Below are positions 8,780 through 17,424 of a DNA stretch of 57,011 bases, in pieces. Where the stretch lies: positions 248,333 through 305,343 of the IMG/VR virus record IMGVR_UViG_3300028260_000001, one strand, 5' to 3'. Source of the stretch: a virus. Its lineage: Duplodnaviria > Heunggongvirae > Uroviricota > Caudoviricetes. Within the stretch, counting starts at the first letter, position 1; every line of letters starts with the position of its first letter. Below the pieces are notes generated by a model that did no database searches, had not been told where the DNA came from, and worked only from the letters and a program-made list of their open reading frames with translations. The translations under genes were made by a program, and so were the position numbers.

Positions 8780-11700
8780 GCTGGCGGTCTGAGCACCAAC
8801 AGCACCGATCAACACAGGCGAACCACCACCGATAACCAAGAAGGTTACGACGTTGATACCAGCTTGATAGGTCGGAGCAATACCACCGTTCCAGATCAGG
8901 TTGGAAGCCGTTACAGCAACACCGTTGATTTGGAAGCTGATAGCTGCAGTCGAACCACGTACCAACAGTACCAGCGTAGTCGCACGACCTGCGGCAGGCA
9001 AGTTCGTGAAGTTAATGGTCTTAGCCACTGCACCCGAGGTGTTAGTGATATCCATCAACTGCTGGGTAGCAGCGTTGAACGTAGCGGTTGCTGTGGCAGC
9101 GGCGACAGCAGTAGATGCAGTGTCGTAGCTATCGAAAGCAACCCAGTCGGTAGAAGTACGCAGATACTTCTTGGTATCGGATGGAGCGCTGATACCAGTG
9201 TATTCGACCCAGTTAGCATTCTGACCAGAACGCAGGTAGGTTTTACCGGCGGTGGTCGGAGCTTCACTGATACCCGATGCAGGCATCACTAGCTCTTTCC
9301 AGATCGGAGCCGAACCAGCAGCTTCGAACACTCGAACCATCTGCTTACCGTCTTTGACCGTCAGGTCTGCGATACCAGCTGGGACAGCTACCCATGCACC
9401 GTTGCTCTGACCAGTAGCACGACGACGACCGTAAAGGATGTTGTCAGCAGTTGGTTCAGGGAATGCAGGGAACTGGATTTCAACCCACTCACCGATAGTC
9501 GTTTCACCAGCTTTCAGTTGACGACCGTAAACCTTACCACTTACGAGGCTTGGTACTTCATCAACCGGCAGTGCCACCCAGGCATTACCCAGACGTACAA
9601 CCTTACCGAGGTTAGGTAGCGGCGAGTTCACGTCACCAGCAACCAGACGACCCATCTGCAGCCAACCGTTAGTGTTGTCTTTGTAGAAGGTATCGAACTG
9701 TGCGTTAACAGCCCAGTCACCATTCCGACCGTAGTCAGGAGTTGGTTCCGATACGCCGTTAGGCAGTACCAGCCACAGGCTACCACGTTCACCAGTATTA
9801 CCGGTGTTACCCTTCAGACCAGTTTTACCCTGGATACCTTGTTCACCCTGAGGGCCACGAACAGGACCAGCGTTGAACCACTCAGTAGCGCCACCAACAG
9901 GGTTGATGCCGTACAGGTACAGATCGCTACCTACCAGATAACCTTCACCGGCAGAACCAGTTGGGTGTGCGGCAATCAGAGCCGACTCAGTAGCGTACGA
10001 ACCCATGATGGTGATCGAAGTACCAGCTGGACCTTGAATACCAGCAGAACCATCATCACCTTTCTCACCACGCAGATAGATACCTGGGTTATAAACACCA
10101 GCATCGTTCACTTGGTAGAGACGACCATCTTCTTGGGTGTAGTAAGCATCACCTACTTCCAGGGTAGATGGATCAGGCAGATCGGCAATGAGTTCAACTT
10201 CGCCTTTGATGTTCAGGCCAGGACCCGCAGGACCTACCTCACCATCAGCACCGTCTTGACCGTCATTACCAGCCGTACCGGTATCACCTTTAGGACCACG
10301 GAACTGACCCAGGTTAACCCAAGCACCCGAGATCCACATGTACAGAGTACCAGTGTCTTGAGTGGTGTAAGCATCTTGCTCAGCAGCGCCAGCAGGCAGA
10401 GCCGCTTGGTTAGCTACAGAACCTTTGATGGTTACGTTACGGCCATTAGTACCGTTCGTGCCATTAGTACCATCGACGCCGTCTTCCCCATCGGCACCTT
10501 TTAGGGTAGCCAGGAATTCAGCTTCGGTACCGGAGTTACCAGCATCCAACCAAATCTGGTAGACAGACTTGCCGTCAACACCATCTTGGCCATCTTCACC
10601 ACGGAAAGGACCAGCATCGATCCAAGCTGCGCCTACACGAATATGCAGGTGACCGGTATCGAGTGCAACCCATGCATCCTGATCCACTGGGGATGGCAAT
10701 GCTTGGATAGCAGCCAGGTTAGCCTGAGTACCTTTGACTTGCAGGTTACGACCGTCAGTACCATCGGTACCGTCAACGCCGTTAGTACCGTGCAGAGAGG
10801 CAAGCCACTCATCTTCAGTACCTACGAAACCTTCGTCTCGAGCAATCTCGTACGCCGACTTACCGTTCAGAGAACCGAAGTTCACGTAATCGGAATTCGC
10901 TGGAGTAGTTTCATCAACAACCCAGATGTAGAGTTCGCTACCAACGTAGTAAGCTTCAGTTGGATTACCTGGACGAGGCAGTTCCGATTCATTAGTCAGA
11001 CGACCTTTGATTTCGAATGCCAGTGCAGGATCACCTTTCTCACCCTCATCGCCTTTCAGCGAAGCGAGCCACTGAACCTCAGTACCTACGAAGCCATTGC
11101 TAACCGCTACTTGGTAAGCGGAATCGCCATCATCACCTTTCTCGCCGTCAGTACCATTAGTGCCGTTGGTACCATCAGTACCACGATCACCCTTAGCACC
11201 TTTCAGCGAAGCGATGAAGTCAGACTCAGTACCCGAGTTACCGATATCCAGCCAGCTCTGATAAGCAGACTTACCGACAGGACCAGGTACACCGATGTCA
11301 ACCCAACGACGAGTTGGAGTTTCAACCAGAGTCCACAGCGAGTTACGCCATACGTACGTGTCACCAGCTTTGTAGTTCACGTCGAGTGGCAGCGAAGCAC
11401 CGGTAGGCCATTCGCCGAGGTAGTTTAGACCACGACCTTCTGGACCTTGCATCGAGTTAGACTTAACCCATGCAGTGCCGTTCCAAACGTGCAGGAAAGT
11501 ATCAACGATGTAGGCATCGCCTACTTCGGATTCACCCAGATCAACTACTTCTTGGAATTGTTCTTCCGAGATAGTGTCGATAACGTTCAGACCTTTACCG
11601 ATCTCACCTTGTTCACCCACCAGGCTTTCCAGCCACTGGGCTTCAGTACCGATGAAACCACCATCGACAGCTACTTGGTAAGCAGACTTACCATTGGTAC

Positions 11701-12865
11701 CATTAGTACCGTCGGTGCCGTTATCACCCTTAGCGCCCTTCAGGGAGGCCAGGAATTCGGCTTCAGTCTTACCTGCGTTACCAGGTTGTTCCAGCCACAG
11801 ATCGTAAGCGGCTTGACCAGTTTCACCTTTCAGCGAAGCGAGCCACTCGGCTTCAGTACCGACATCTGGATCAGCTGCGAGAGCGAGTTCGTATGCAGTT
11901 TTACCATCCGCACCGTCTTCACCATTAGTACCGTTGGTACCATCAGAACCTTCGAGAGATTCCAGGTACTGTGCTTCCGAACCAACAAAGCCGTTATCCA
12001 CAGCCAGTTGATACGAGGACTTACCTTTCAACGACGCCAGCCATTGAGCCTCGGTGCCCACAAACCCACCAGCAACGGCGGATTGATAAGCGGATTTACC
12101 AGTCTCACCCACCAGCGATTCCAAGAAGTCAGCTTCGTCTACCAGAGACGGGTCAGCTTCTTTAGCAATATCAAAGGCAGATTTACCTTCCAGCGATTTG
12201 AGGTATTCAGCCTCAGTACCCACGAAGCCTGCATCTACTGCAGCTTCATATGCCGACTTACCAGTTTCACCAACTTCACCTTTGATGTTGGCCAGGTAGT
12301 CAGCGATTGGCTTACCAGCATTACCTGGTTGGGCTTGCCAGACTTCGAAAGCGGAATCACCGACTTCGCCTTGTTCACCCTTGTCGCCTTTAGCCCCTTT
12401 GATGGACAGCAGCCATTGGGCTTCCGTACCAACGAAGCCTTGATCTACGGCTGTCTGATAAGCCGATTTACCAACCAAGGTTTTCAGGAAGTCTGCTTCA
12501 GTACCGATGAAGCCATTGCGCAGTGCGACCTCGTAGATCGACTCACCAACTTCACCTTGATCGCCTTTCAGCGATGCGATGAATGCAGCTTCATCACCAA
12601 CGAAACCAAGTTCAACAGCGATTTGGTATGCGGTCTTACCTTCAAGAGAGGCAAGCCATTGTTCAACAGTGCCTACGTAGCCGTTCTGGACAGCAATCTC
12701 GTAAGCGGACAGACCTGCGTTATTGCGGATCTTGGAAACTAATAGACGGTAGTTCTTATACGTACCATCCGCTTCCATGCGGATAACTTCCAGAAATTCG
12801 TCGCCACCGATACTCAGTAGCGAATCCATTCCGGAGATCATACCCTTCTTATTTGACTCTGCCAT
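8777..12865 (-). CDS. Collagen-like fibre protein, 1362 aa (phiKZ gp145/146-like)
   Basis: Many GKSAY..A...GF.GTE..WL.SL.G modules interleaved with Gly-X-Y runs; foldon-like repeats and a beta-rich tip at the C-terminus. Confidence 0.85.
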   Translation of the reverse strand: MAESNKKGMISGMDSLLSIGGDEFLEVIRMEADGTYKNYRLLVSKIRNNAGLSAYEIAVQNGYVGTVEQWLASLEGKTAYQIAVELGFVGDEAAFIASLKGDQGEVGESIYEVALRNGFIGTEADFLKTLVGKSAYQTAVDQGFVGTEAQWLLSIKGAKGDKGEQGEVGDSAFEVWQAQPGNAGKPIADYLANIKGEVGETGKSAYEAAVDAGFVGTEAEYLKSLEGKSAFDIAKEADPSLVDEADFLESLVGETGKSAYQSAVAGGFVGTEAQWLASLKGKSSYQLAVDNGFVGSEAQYLESLEGSDGTNGTNGEDGADGKTAYELALAADPDVGTEAEWLASLKGETGQAAYDLWLEQPGNAGKTEAEFLASLKGAKGDNGTDGTNGTNGKSAYQVAVDGGFIGTEAQWLESLVGEQGEIGKGLNVIDTISEEQFQEVVDLGESEVGDAYIVDTFLHVWNGTAWVKSNSMQGPEGRGLNYLGEWPTGASLPLDVNYKAGDTYVWRNSLWTLVETPTRRWVDIGVPGPVGKSAYQSWLDIGNSGTESDFIASLKGAKGDRGTDGTNGTNGTDGEKGDDGDSAYQVAVSNGFVGTEVQWLASLKGDEGEKGDPALAFEIKGRLTNESELPRPGNPTEAYYVGSELYIWVVDETTPANSDYVNFGSLNGKSAYEIARDEGFVGTEDEWLASLHGTNGVDGTDGTDGRNLQVKGTQANLAAIQALPSPVDQDAWVALDTGHLHIRVGAAWIDAGPFRGEDGQDGVDGKSVYQIWLDAGNSGTEAEFLATLKGADGEDGVDGTNGTNGTNGRNVTIKGSVANQAALPAGAAEQDAYTTQDTGTLYMWISGAWVNLGQFRGPKGDTGTAGNDGQDGADGEVGPAGPGLNIKGEVELIADLPDPSTLEVGDAYYTQEDGRLYQVNDAGVYNPGIYLRGEKGDDGSAGIQGPAGTSITIMGSYATESALIAAHPTGSAGEGYLVGSDLYLYGINPVGGATEWFNAGPVRGPQGEQGIQGKTGLKGNTGNTGERGSLWLVLPNGVSEPTPDYGRNGDWAVNAQFDTFYKDNTNGWLQMGRLVAGDVNSPLPNLGKVVRLGNAWVALPVDEVPSLVSGKVYGRQLKAGETTIGEWVEIQFPAFPEPTADNILYGRRRATGQSNGAWVAVPAGIADLTVKDGKQMVRVFEAAGSAPIWKELVMPASGISEAPTTAGKTYLRSGQNANWVEYTGISAPSDTKKYLRTSTDWVAFDSYDTASTAVAAATATATFNAATQQLMDITNTSGAVAKTINFTNLPAAGRATTLVLLVRGSTAAISFQINGVAVTASNLIWNGGIAPTYQAGINVVTFLVIGGGSPVLIGAVGAQTAS
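9135..9640 (-). repeat. About six tandem fibritin-foldon-like repeats in the fibre C-terminus
   Basis: For example GISEAPTTAGKTYLRSGQNANWV, SAPSDTKKYLRTSTDWV and PEPTADNILYGRR...GAWV versus T4 foldon [21 protein letters not shown]. Confidence 0.7.
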
Positions 12866-12962
12866 CGCGATGTTCCTTTAAAAGAGAGCCTTAGTAAAAT
12901 CAACCGGTCGTCTTACTAAAACTAGAATAAGACTCATACAGTAGGTAAAAAAATACTAGGAC

Positions 12963-13001
12963 GGCATAAAGGAAACCCGAAGGTTTCCGATATGCTTGTT
13001 A
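12963..13001 (-). terminator. Terminator
   Basis: Minus strand GGAAACC-TTCG-GGTTTCC-TTTATGCC right after the stop at 12999. Confidence 0.8.
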
Positions 13002-13604
13002 CGGTTGTACGACACCAGCATCCAGTTTCCAATCGCCATTACCATCTTTGGTAAAGCCGATGTCTGTCAGCAGAGCCAACAGGGAAGCCGAGGTTGCAAA
13101 CTTAGCATCGTCAGTACCTTCAATCAGTTCTGCACCAGTTGCTTTAACCGGTACAACAACTGGATCAGGTAGCTGAGCGGCAGGTACTTTACCAGCCACA
13201 AGGGTGGCAATACTTACACCGACTTCAGTGTCGTCAACCTTTCCATCCAATGCATCCTGCAGGTCAGTGACCTTAGATACGGCAATATCCGGCAGTTGAG
13301 CAACTGGGACTTTACCAGCAGTCAGGCCTGCAACAGTAGTACCGATATCCGAAGATTTCACAGTACCATCGAGCGCATCCTGAAGACCAGTAATGTCGGC
13401 AATTGCTAATGTCTGAGCGTCCAGCTTATCATCGATAAGTTGGTTAACAGCGGCCTCGTTGAGACCAGCCAGAACAGTACCACCAGCAGTGACACCGTCA
13501 TGCACGTAAACCAGCTTCAAGTCTAGGTCAACGAAGAGCGAGCCTTCAGCGCCTACCCAAGCAGCTGCTTGTGCAGTGGTACCACGTTTGAATTGAATAA
13601 CCAT
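12999..13604 (-). CDS. Fibre/structural protein with an Mtd/hyaluronidase-type N-terminal domain
   Basis: IQFKRGT....W.G.EG.L.VD......VHDG.T.GG N-terminus; repeated I.GLQDALDG and GKVP.AQLP units. Confidence 0.7.
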   Translation of the reverse strand: MVIQFKRGTTAQAAAWVGAEGSLFVDLDLKLVYVHDGVTAGGTVLAGLNEAAVNQLIDDKLDAQTLAIADITGLQDALDGTVKSSDIGTTVAGLTAGKVPVAQLPDIAVSKVTDLQDALDGKVDDTEVGVSIATLVAGKVPAAQLPDPVVVPVKATGAELIEGTDDAKFATSASLLALLTDIGFTKDGNGDWKLDAGVVQP

Positions 13605-13629
13605 TATCAGTTCCTTCTATGGAGATTTG

Positions 13630-14223
13630 TTACGGCGTTACGCGACCTTCGTCAAAGACGATGTCCTTCATATCGCTAGTATACCGAATACCCGGAAGTG
13701 CCAGAAGCACTTTCATTACTTCGGTAGTCGTCCGAGACCGCAGGAGATACCGAGCGAACTCAGTCTTCTGTGGTTCAGACACAGGCTTATCCTTGTCCAA
13801 GGTATTATCGATCTTATCCAGACCGACATCTGCAGCGGTAAGTTCACGGAACTCACCCACACCATCCTCATTAGCTGTCAGTACTTGCCCAGCCTTAGTA
13901 GGATCATGTTCATACAGAGCTTTGACTGATTGAACCCATTCGGATTCAGTGCCAGTAAATTCTCCAATACGTACAGCAGTTTGATAGGCCGATTCACCGA
14001 CCAATGTTTTTAGCCACTCAGCTTCTGTTCCAACAAAGCCATTATCAACGGCTAAGTCGTATGCAGTTTTACCCACCCGAAGCTTAGATGCAAATGTCCG
14101 ATAGTTCTTATACGAACCGTCCGGCATCAGACGAACAACTTCTACGAATTCATCTCCCGACAAAGATAGCAGGGATTCAAATCCAGAAATCATACTTTTG
14201 TTTGCTGCGTTAGTATCCGCCAT
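13630..14223 (-). CDS. Short paralog of the collagen-fibre N-terminus
   Basis: MISGFESLLSLSGDEFVEVVRLMPDGSYKNYR aligns with MISGMDSLLSIGGDEFLEVIRMEADGTYKNYR; two GKSAY-type modules; DVGLDKIDNT.D.DKPVS fibre motif. Confidence 0.75.
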   Translation of the reverse strand: MADTNAANKSMISGFESLLSLSGDEFVEVVRLMPDGSYKNYRTFASKLRVGKTAYDLAVDNGFVGTEAEWLKTLVGESAYQTAVRIGEFTGTESEWVQSVKALYEHDPTKAGQVLTANEDGVGEFRELTAADVGLDKIDNTLDKDKPVSEPQKTEFARYLLRSRTTTEVMKVLLALPGIRYTSDMKDIVFDEGRVTP

Positions 14224-14250
14224 GGCTAGATCCTTTCTTACATAGAATTG

Positions 14251-15027
14251 TCAGCCTCGATGGGCTGCAACTTTGGATTCGAACAATTTCAGAATTGCAC
14301 CAACCGTCAACGGAGTCTTCTTATCACGGGCGTAGAAAATACCAACGTTAGCTGCTGCTTGGCGTGGGAACAACTCTGCACCAAGTGCTGATGGATTAGC
14401 CAGCAAGAATTTCTTAGCCGTACCAGCACCAAAGAAGTGCGCAGCGTATAACTCAGTATCTGTGGGTTCGTGACCCAAGGCCGGTTTCAGAATACGAGCA
14501 TTATCTTTCAAAGACTCGGCCCCCATCAAGCCATTGGCTCGTGGGTCTGTCCGAAGACTACGCTTGGCATTATCTTTCAAGCCATACTTACCGAATGTCA
14601 ATTCAAGGATATCATCCCAAGACTTATCTAAGAACTGGAACCATCCCGTAGCACTCGATGTCGATGCTTTGACCGTGTAATCGAAGTTAGATTCGATCGA
14701 TGCGAAGGTCGCCAATGTGATTGGGCTTACACCTGTAATCTTACCAATTGCTTCTAAGGTCGGCATAGCTGCAGAGCGTGACCGATTAGCCTTAGGCATT
14801 GGAATGGGATCTAGGACAGAACTTTGCACCAACCCCAATGCGGTCAACGTTGCGTTACCAGCAATACCGTCGGCTACTAGGTTAGTGGCTTTCTGAAAAG
14901 CAACTACGGCGTCATACGTTTTCGACCCAAACTGGCCATCAGCAACAAGTTTATAGCCCTTACGTACCAATGCATCCTGCAGCGCGCGAACGGAGTCGCT
15001 AGTGTCACCTTGTTTTAATGCAGCCAT
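14251..15027 (-). CDS. Endolysin: peptidoglycan-binding domain plus lytic transglycosylase (phiKZ gp144-like); start corrected to 15027
   Basis: LKQGD....V..LQ.AL..KGY...DGQFG.KT..AV.AFQ...L.ADGIAG; catalytic IESNF...SSATGWFQF; LYAAHFFGAG; GAGGT RBS. Confidence 0.92.
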   Translation of the reverse strand: MAALKQGDTSDSVRALQDALVRKGYKLVADGQFGSKTYDAVVAFQKATNLVADGIAGNATLTALGLVQSSVLDPIPMPKANRSRSAAMPTLEAIGKITGVSPITLATFASIESNFDYTVKASTSSATGWFQFLDKSWDDILELTFGKYGLKDNAKRSLRTDPRANGLMGAESLKDNARILKPALGHEPTDTELYAAHFFGAGTAKKFLLANPSALGAELFPRQAAANVGIFYARDKKTPLTVGAILKLFESKVAAHRG

Positions 15028-15037
15028 GTTATCTACC

Positions 15038-15577
15038 TCATTTGTGTTCGAGTTCTCGAATGTCTCCAGATTCCAATAAGCGCGGATCACCATCTTCCAG
15101 GTAACGGGCGTACGGAGATGCTTCAACTACATCAACGATGATGTCAGTTTGGCCGTAATAAGCATAGCTGCCTGTCATGGCTTTAAGCGTGTAGACAAAA
15201 GAAGCTTCACTGTTATCAATAACAACAGTGGAGAATGAAACGTCATCGGCGCCGAAAGTCATCTTTCGACTACGGTTAATTTCAAGTGCGATGCTAGCAG
15301 GGGTTGGACGCCCCACAATTTTGATTCTTGTGCTCGTGCCCAGTACCTTTGGATGTGCCAAATCTAGACGACGATATACGAAGAATTCTTTAAGCCCAGT
15401 AAGGCGGTTGGTCATCTCAATAAAGGTACGGCCAGGGATGGCAGGCAGAGGGGCAAAGAACATGTCCTCAAAGCTGACTTGATCAGGCTTGTAACTCCTT
15501 TTCAAGTCATGGTTCACCTGCTCCACGAGTGCTTCGCGGGAAGGCGTATCAAACGGGAAACGATCTGTTGTGATCAT
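15038..15577 (-). CDS. Structural protein (gp143-like) with C-terminal R-x-x-E-[DS]-G repeats
   Basis: F.YRRLDL motif seen in phiKZ-like virion proteins; ends ARYLEDGDPRLLESGDIRELEHK. Confidence 0.7.
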   Translation of the reverse strand: MITTDRFPFDTPSREALVEQVNHDLKRSYKPDQVSFEDMFFAPLPAIPGRTFIEMTNRLTGLKEFFVYRRLDLAHPKVLGTSTRIKIVGRPTPASIALEINRSRKMTFGADDVSFSTVVIDNSEASFVYTLKAMTGSYAYYGQTDIIVDVVEASPYARYLEDGDPRLLESGDIRELEHK

Positions 15578-15622
15578 GTTTTAACCTCAGTCCTGTGGTT
15601 ACAAAGTTGATTAACCCACATA

Positions 15623-15666
15623 GCATAATAAAGTCCGCCCCATAATGGGGCGGACAGTATTATTTT
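15623..15666 (-). terminator. Terminator
   Basis: GTCCGCCCCA-TAA-TGGGGCGGAC stem, followed on the minus strand by TTTATTATGC. Confidence 0.8.
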
Positions 15667-16065
15667 TCAACCTGAGATAAGCAGTTTTGCAATTTCAAAC
15701 AGCCCCGTGATCAGTACTTTAAATACGTCACTCACACCAGCAGCTGCTTCGCCTTCCAATTTGGCTACGCTTCCAGCAAAACCCAGTCCTGCCATTACAG
15801 CCAGTATGGCCATAGACAAAACCAAGAACTTATAACTGTCTTTCTTCCTCAGGGGTGTGAACTCCTTTTGGAAGATAGCATCCTGTTTCTCACGATCCGT
15901 TTTATAGATAGCTGAAATGGCTTCAGTGCCGGTCGAAGACGTCGTCAGTGCGGTCTCGCCGGATAGCAACAGCTCATTGTTCAGGTATCCAATCAGCATT
16001 GCTGCTGTAGGGTGTGTTGAAATCGGACTCCGGTCAATCTCATTTAGGATTTCCGAGATTTTCAT
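15667..16065 (-). CDS. Membrane protein, holin candidate; start 16065
   Basis: C-terminal hydrophobic segments FLVLSMAILAVMAGLGFAG and VFKVLITGLFEIAKLLISG; lies between the spanins and the endolysin. Confidence 0.5.
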   Translation of the reverse strand: MKISEILNEIDRSPISTHPTAAMLIGYLNNELLLSGETALTTSSTGTEAISAIYKTDREKQDAIFQKEFTPLRKKDSYKFLVLSMAILAVMAGLGFAGSVAKLEGEAAAGVSDVFKVLITGLFEIAKLLISG

Positions 16066-16390
16066 TTGGCTTCTCCAAACCACGATGTTTGTTTACCCAC
16101 TCACGTGATTTGCGCACTTGTTGGTTACATAACCCGAGTGCATCTGTTTGTAGGAGCCAGTGATCAGACATCAACAGGTACCGCGCTTCCCAATCCGTCA
16201 TCTTACCGACCACACGATAACGCTGCGCAGCATTACGAATGTCATCAGCAGATGGGGGTGGGGATACATAGCACTCAGCGGTTAGTGCCGCTGGTAGTGC
16301 AGCCGACACCACGTTCTGGGGCGGCGCGACAGTAGTGCTCGTGCATCCGGTTAGCCAACAACTCAATGCGAGAATCAGCACTAGAATCAT
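16040..16390 (-). CDS. o-spanin (Rz1-like lipoprotein) overlapping the i-spanin; start 16390
   Basis: MILVLILALSCWLTG-C lipobox; LPAALTAEC..SPPP and LGLCN.Q typical of o-spanins; overlaps the 3' end of the i-spanin in another frame. Confidence 0.8.
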   Translation of the reverse strand: MILVLILALSCWLTGCTSTTVAPPQNVVSAALPAALTAECYVSPPPSADDIRNAAQRYRVVGKMTDWEARYLLMSDHWLLQTDALGLCNQQVRKSREWVNKHRGLEKPNENLGNPK

Positions 16391-16781
16391 AAGACTCTTT
16401 GGGGGCGGGCCGATCTTGAGTTGCTTTTGGCCTCGTTGCAACCGTTGCCTTAGGCTTGTCCACAATCGGGGTGGGGACTGGTGCCGGGGCGGTTGCCATG
16501 TCAATGTAGTCATCAATCACTCCTTCACGTGACTGCTGTAGCTCTTCCTTCGCATCTTCTTTTTGTTGGACAAATTCAGCAACGACCTGATCCGAGATGG
16601 TGGCGGATTGATCTTGATACTTCACCGTTTCCGTAAGCACTGAGTTCTCGGTCTTTAATCCACCGACTTGCTCAGTTCGCTTATCGTATTTGTCCCACAC
16701 CAAATAACCAACTCCCAACATAGCTACAACAACACCAACCAGGAGCCATTCATACCAATGCAGACTTTTGAAAAACATCAT
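16275..16781 (-). CDS. i-spanin (Rz-like)
   Basis: N-terminal TM WLLVGVVVAMLGVGYLVW, periplasmic coiled coil, Pro-rich linker, C-terminal Cys pair. Confidence 0.75.
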   Translation of the reverse strand: MMFFKSLHWYEWLLVGVVVAMLGVGYLVWDKYDKRTEQVGGLKTENSVLTETVKYQDQSATISDQVVAEFVQQKEDAKEELQQSREGVIDDYIDMATAPAPVPTPIVDKPKATVATRPKATQDRPAPKESYDSSADSRIELLANRMHEHYCRAAPERGVGCTTSGTNR

Positions 16782-17422
16782 CGTCTCTTACCTCGTCTCC
16801 GCTTTTTGCGTTCCTTCTTGACCTTGACTTTCTTGACAGGCTCAGCGGGCATTACCCTAGGTGTAATGTGTTCGGCACAATAAAGCCCGATCGCACAAGC
16901 ATCGACACTGTGTTCATCTAGATCCTCAAGATCTACATTCCACTTAATGCCTTTGCGTTTACGCATCGCACGACGTACATCTTCCTTATCTGTTCCTTTA
17001 ATGCGTTCCATACCCGCATTGATCTTCGCAGTAGACGGATCAACTTGGAACAAAGGCATAAAAGGGTCGTACATATACACAGCACTACGCACCATCGCAA
17101 CGCACTCTACGAGCGCTGCGAAGGCAGTAGCGAAACGTCCTAGGTAGTTAGCCTCCACGATAACAGCGTGCGGCCTGTGGGTCCTCAGGAGGTCTAAGAC
17201 AGCATCTCCGAGTTGCATCAAGCGTAGTACACGGTTACCATGGAGGTCTCCCAGTTCCGCATAGTGCGGATGGGTATCCTTCAGATGTACGGTGAAGGAT
17301 TCATCAACAGTTACATCAGAGCCGTTCAATTCGTCTAGTAGAATCGCTACACCCAAATGCGAAGAGCCAGGGTCGAGAGACAGAATCTTAAAGGGCTCTG
17401 AATTCGCTGGCATCTTAAGCAT
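16778..17422 (-). CDS. ruvC: RuvC-like Holliday junction resolvase
   Basis: ILSLDPG...LG.A, VIVE, P...K......DKEDV, D.DEHSVDA.AIG catalytic motifs; basic C-terminal tail. Confidence 0.88.
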   Translation of the reverse strand: MLKMPANSEPFKILSLDPGSSHLGVAILLDELNGSDVTVDESFTVHLKDTHPHYAELGDLHGNRVLRLMQLGDAVLDLLRTHRPHAVIVEANYLGRFATAFAALVECVAMVRSAVYMYDPFMPLFQVDPSTAKINAGMERIKGTDKEDVRRAMRKRKGIKWNVDLEDLDEHSVDACAIGLYCAEHITPRVMPAEPVKKVKVKKERKKRRRGKRR

Positions 17423-17424
17423 GG

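Noticed and set aside
10500-12720. Periodic DNA repeats that might be a CRISPR array or mobile repeat
   Set aside because: They are degenerate codon-level repeats of the GKSAY and collagen modules inside one ORF.
13600-13635. Possible frameshift fusion of 13630..14223 (ending CCG TAA) to 12999..13604
   Set aside because: The +1 frame meets TAG before the next ATG, and the downstream gene has its own AAGGA RBS.
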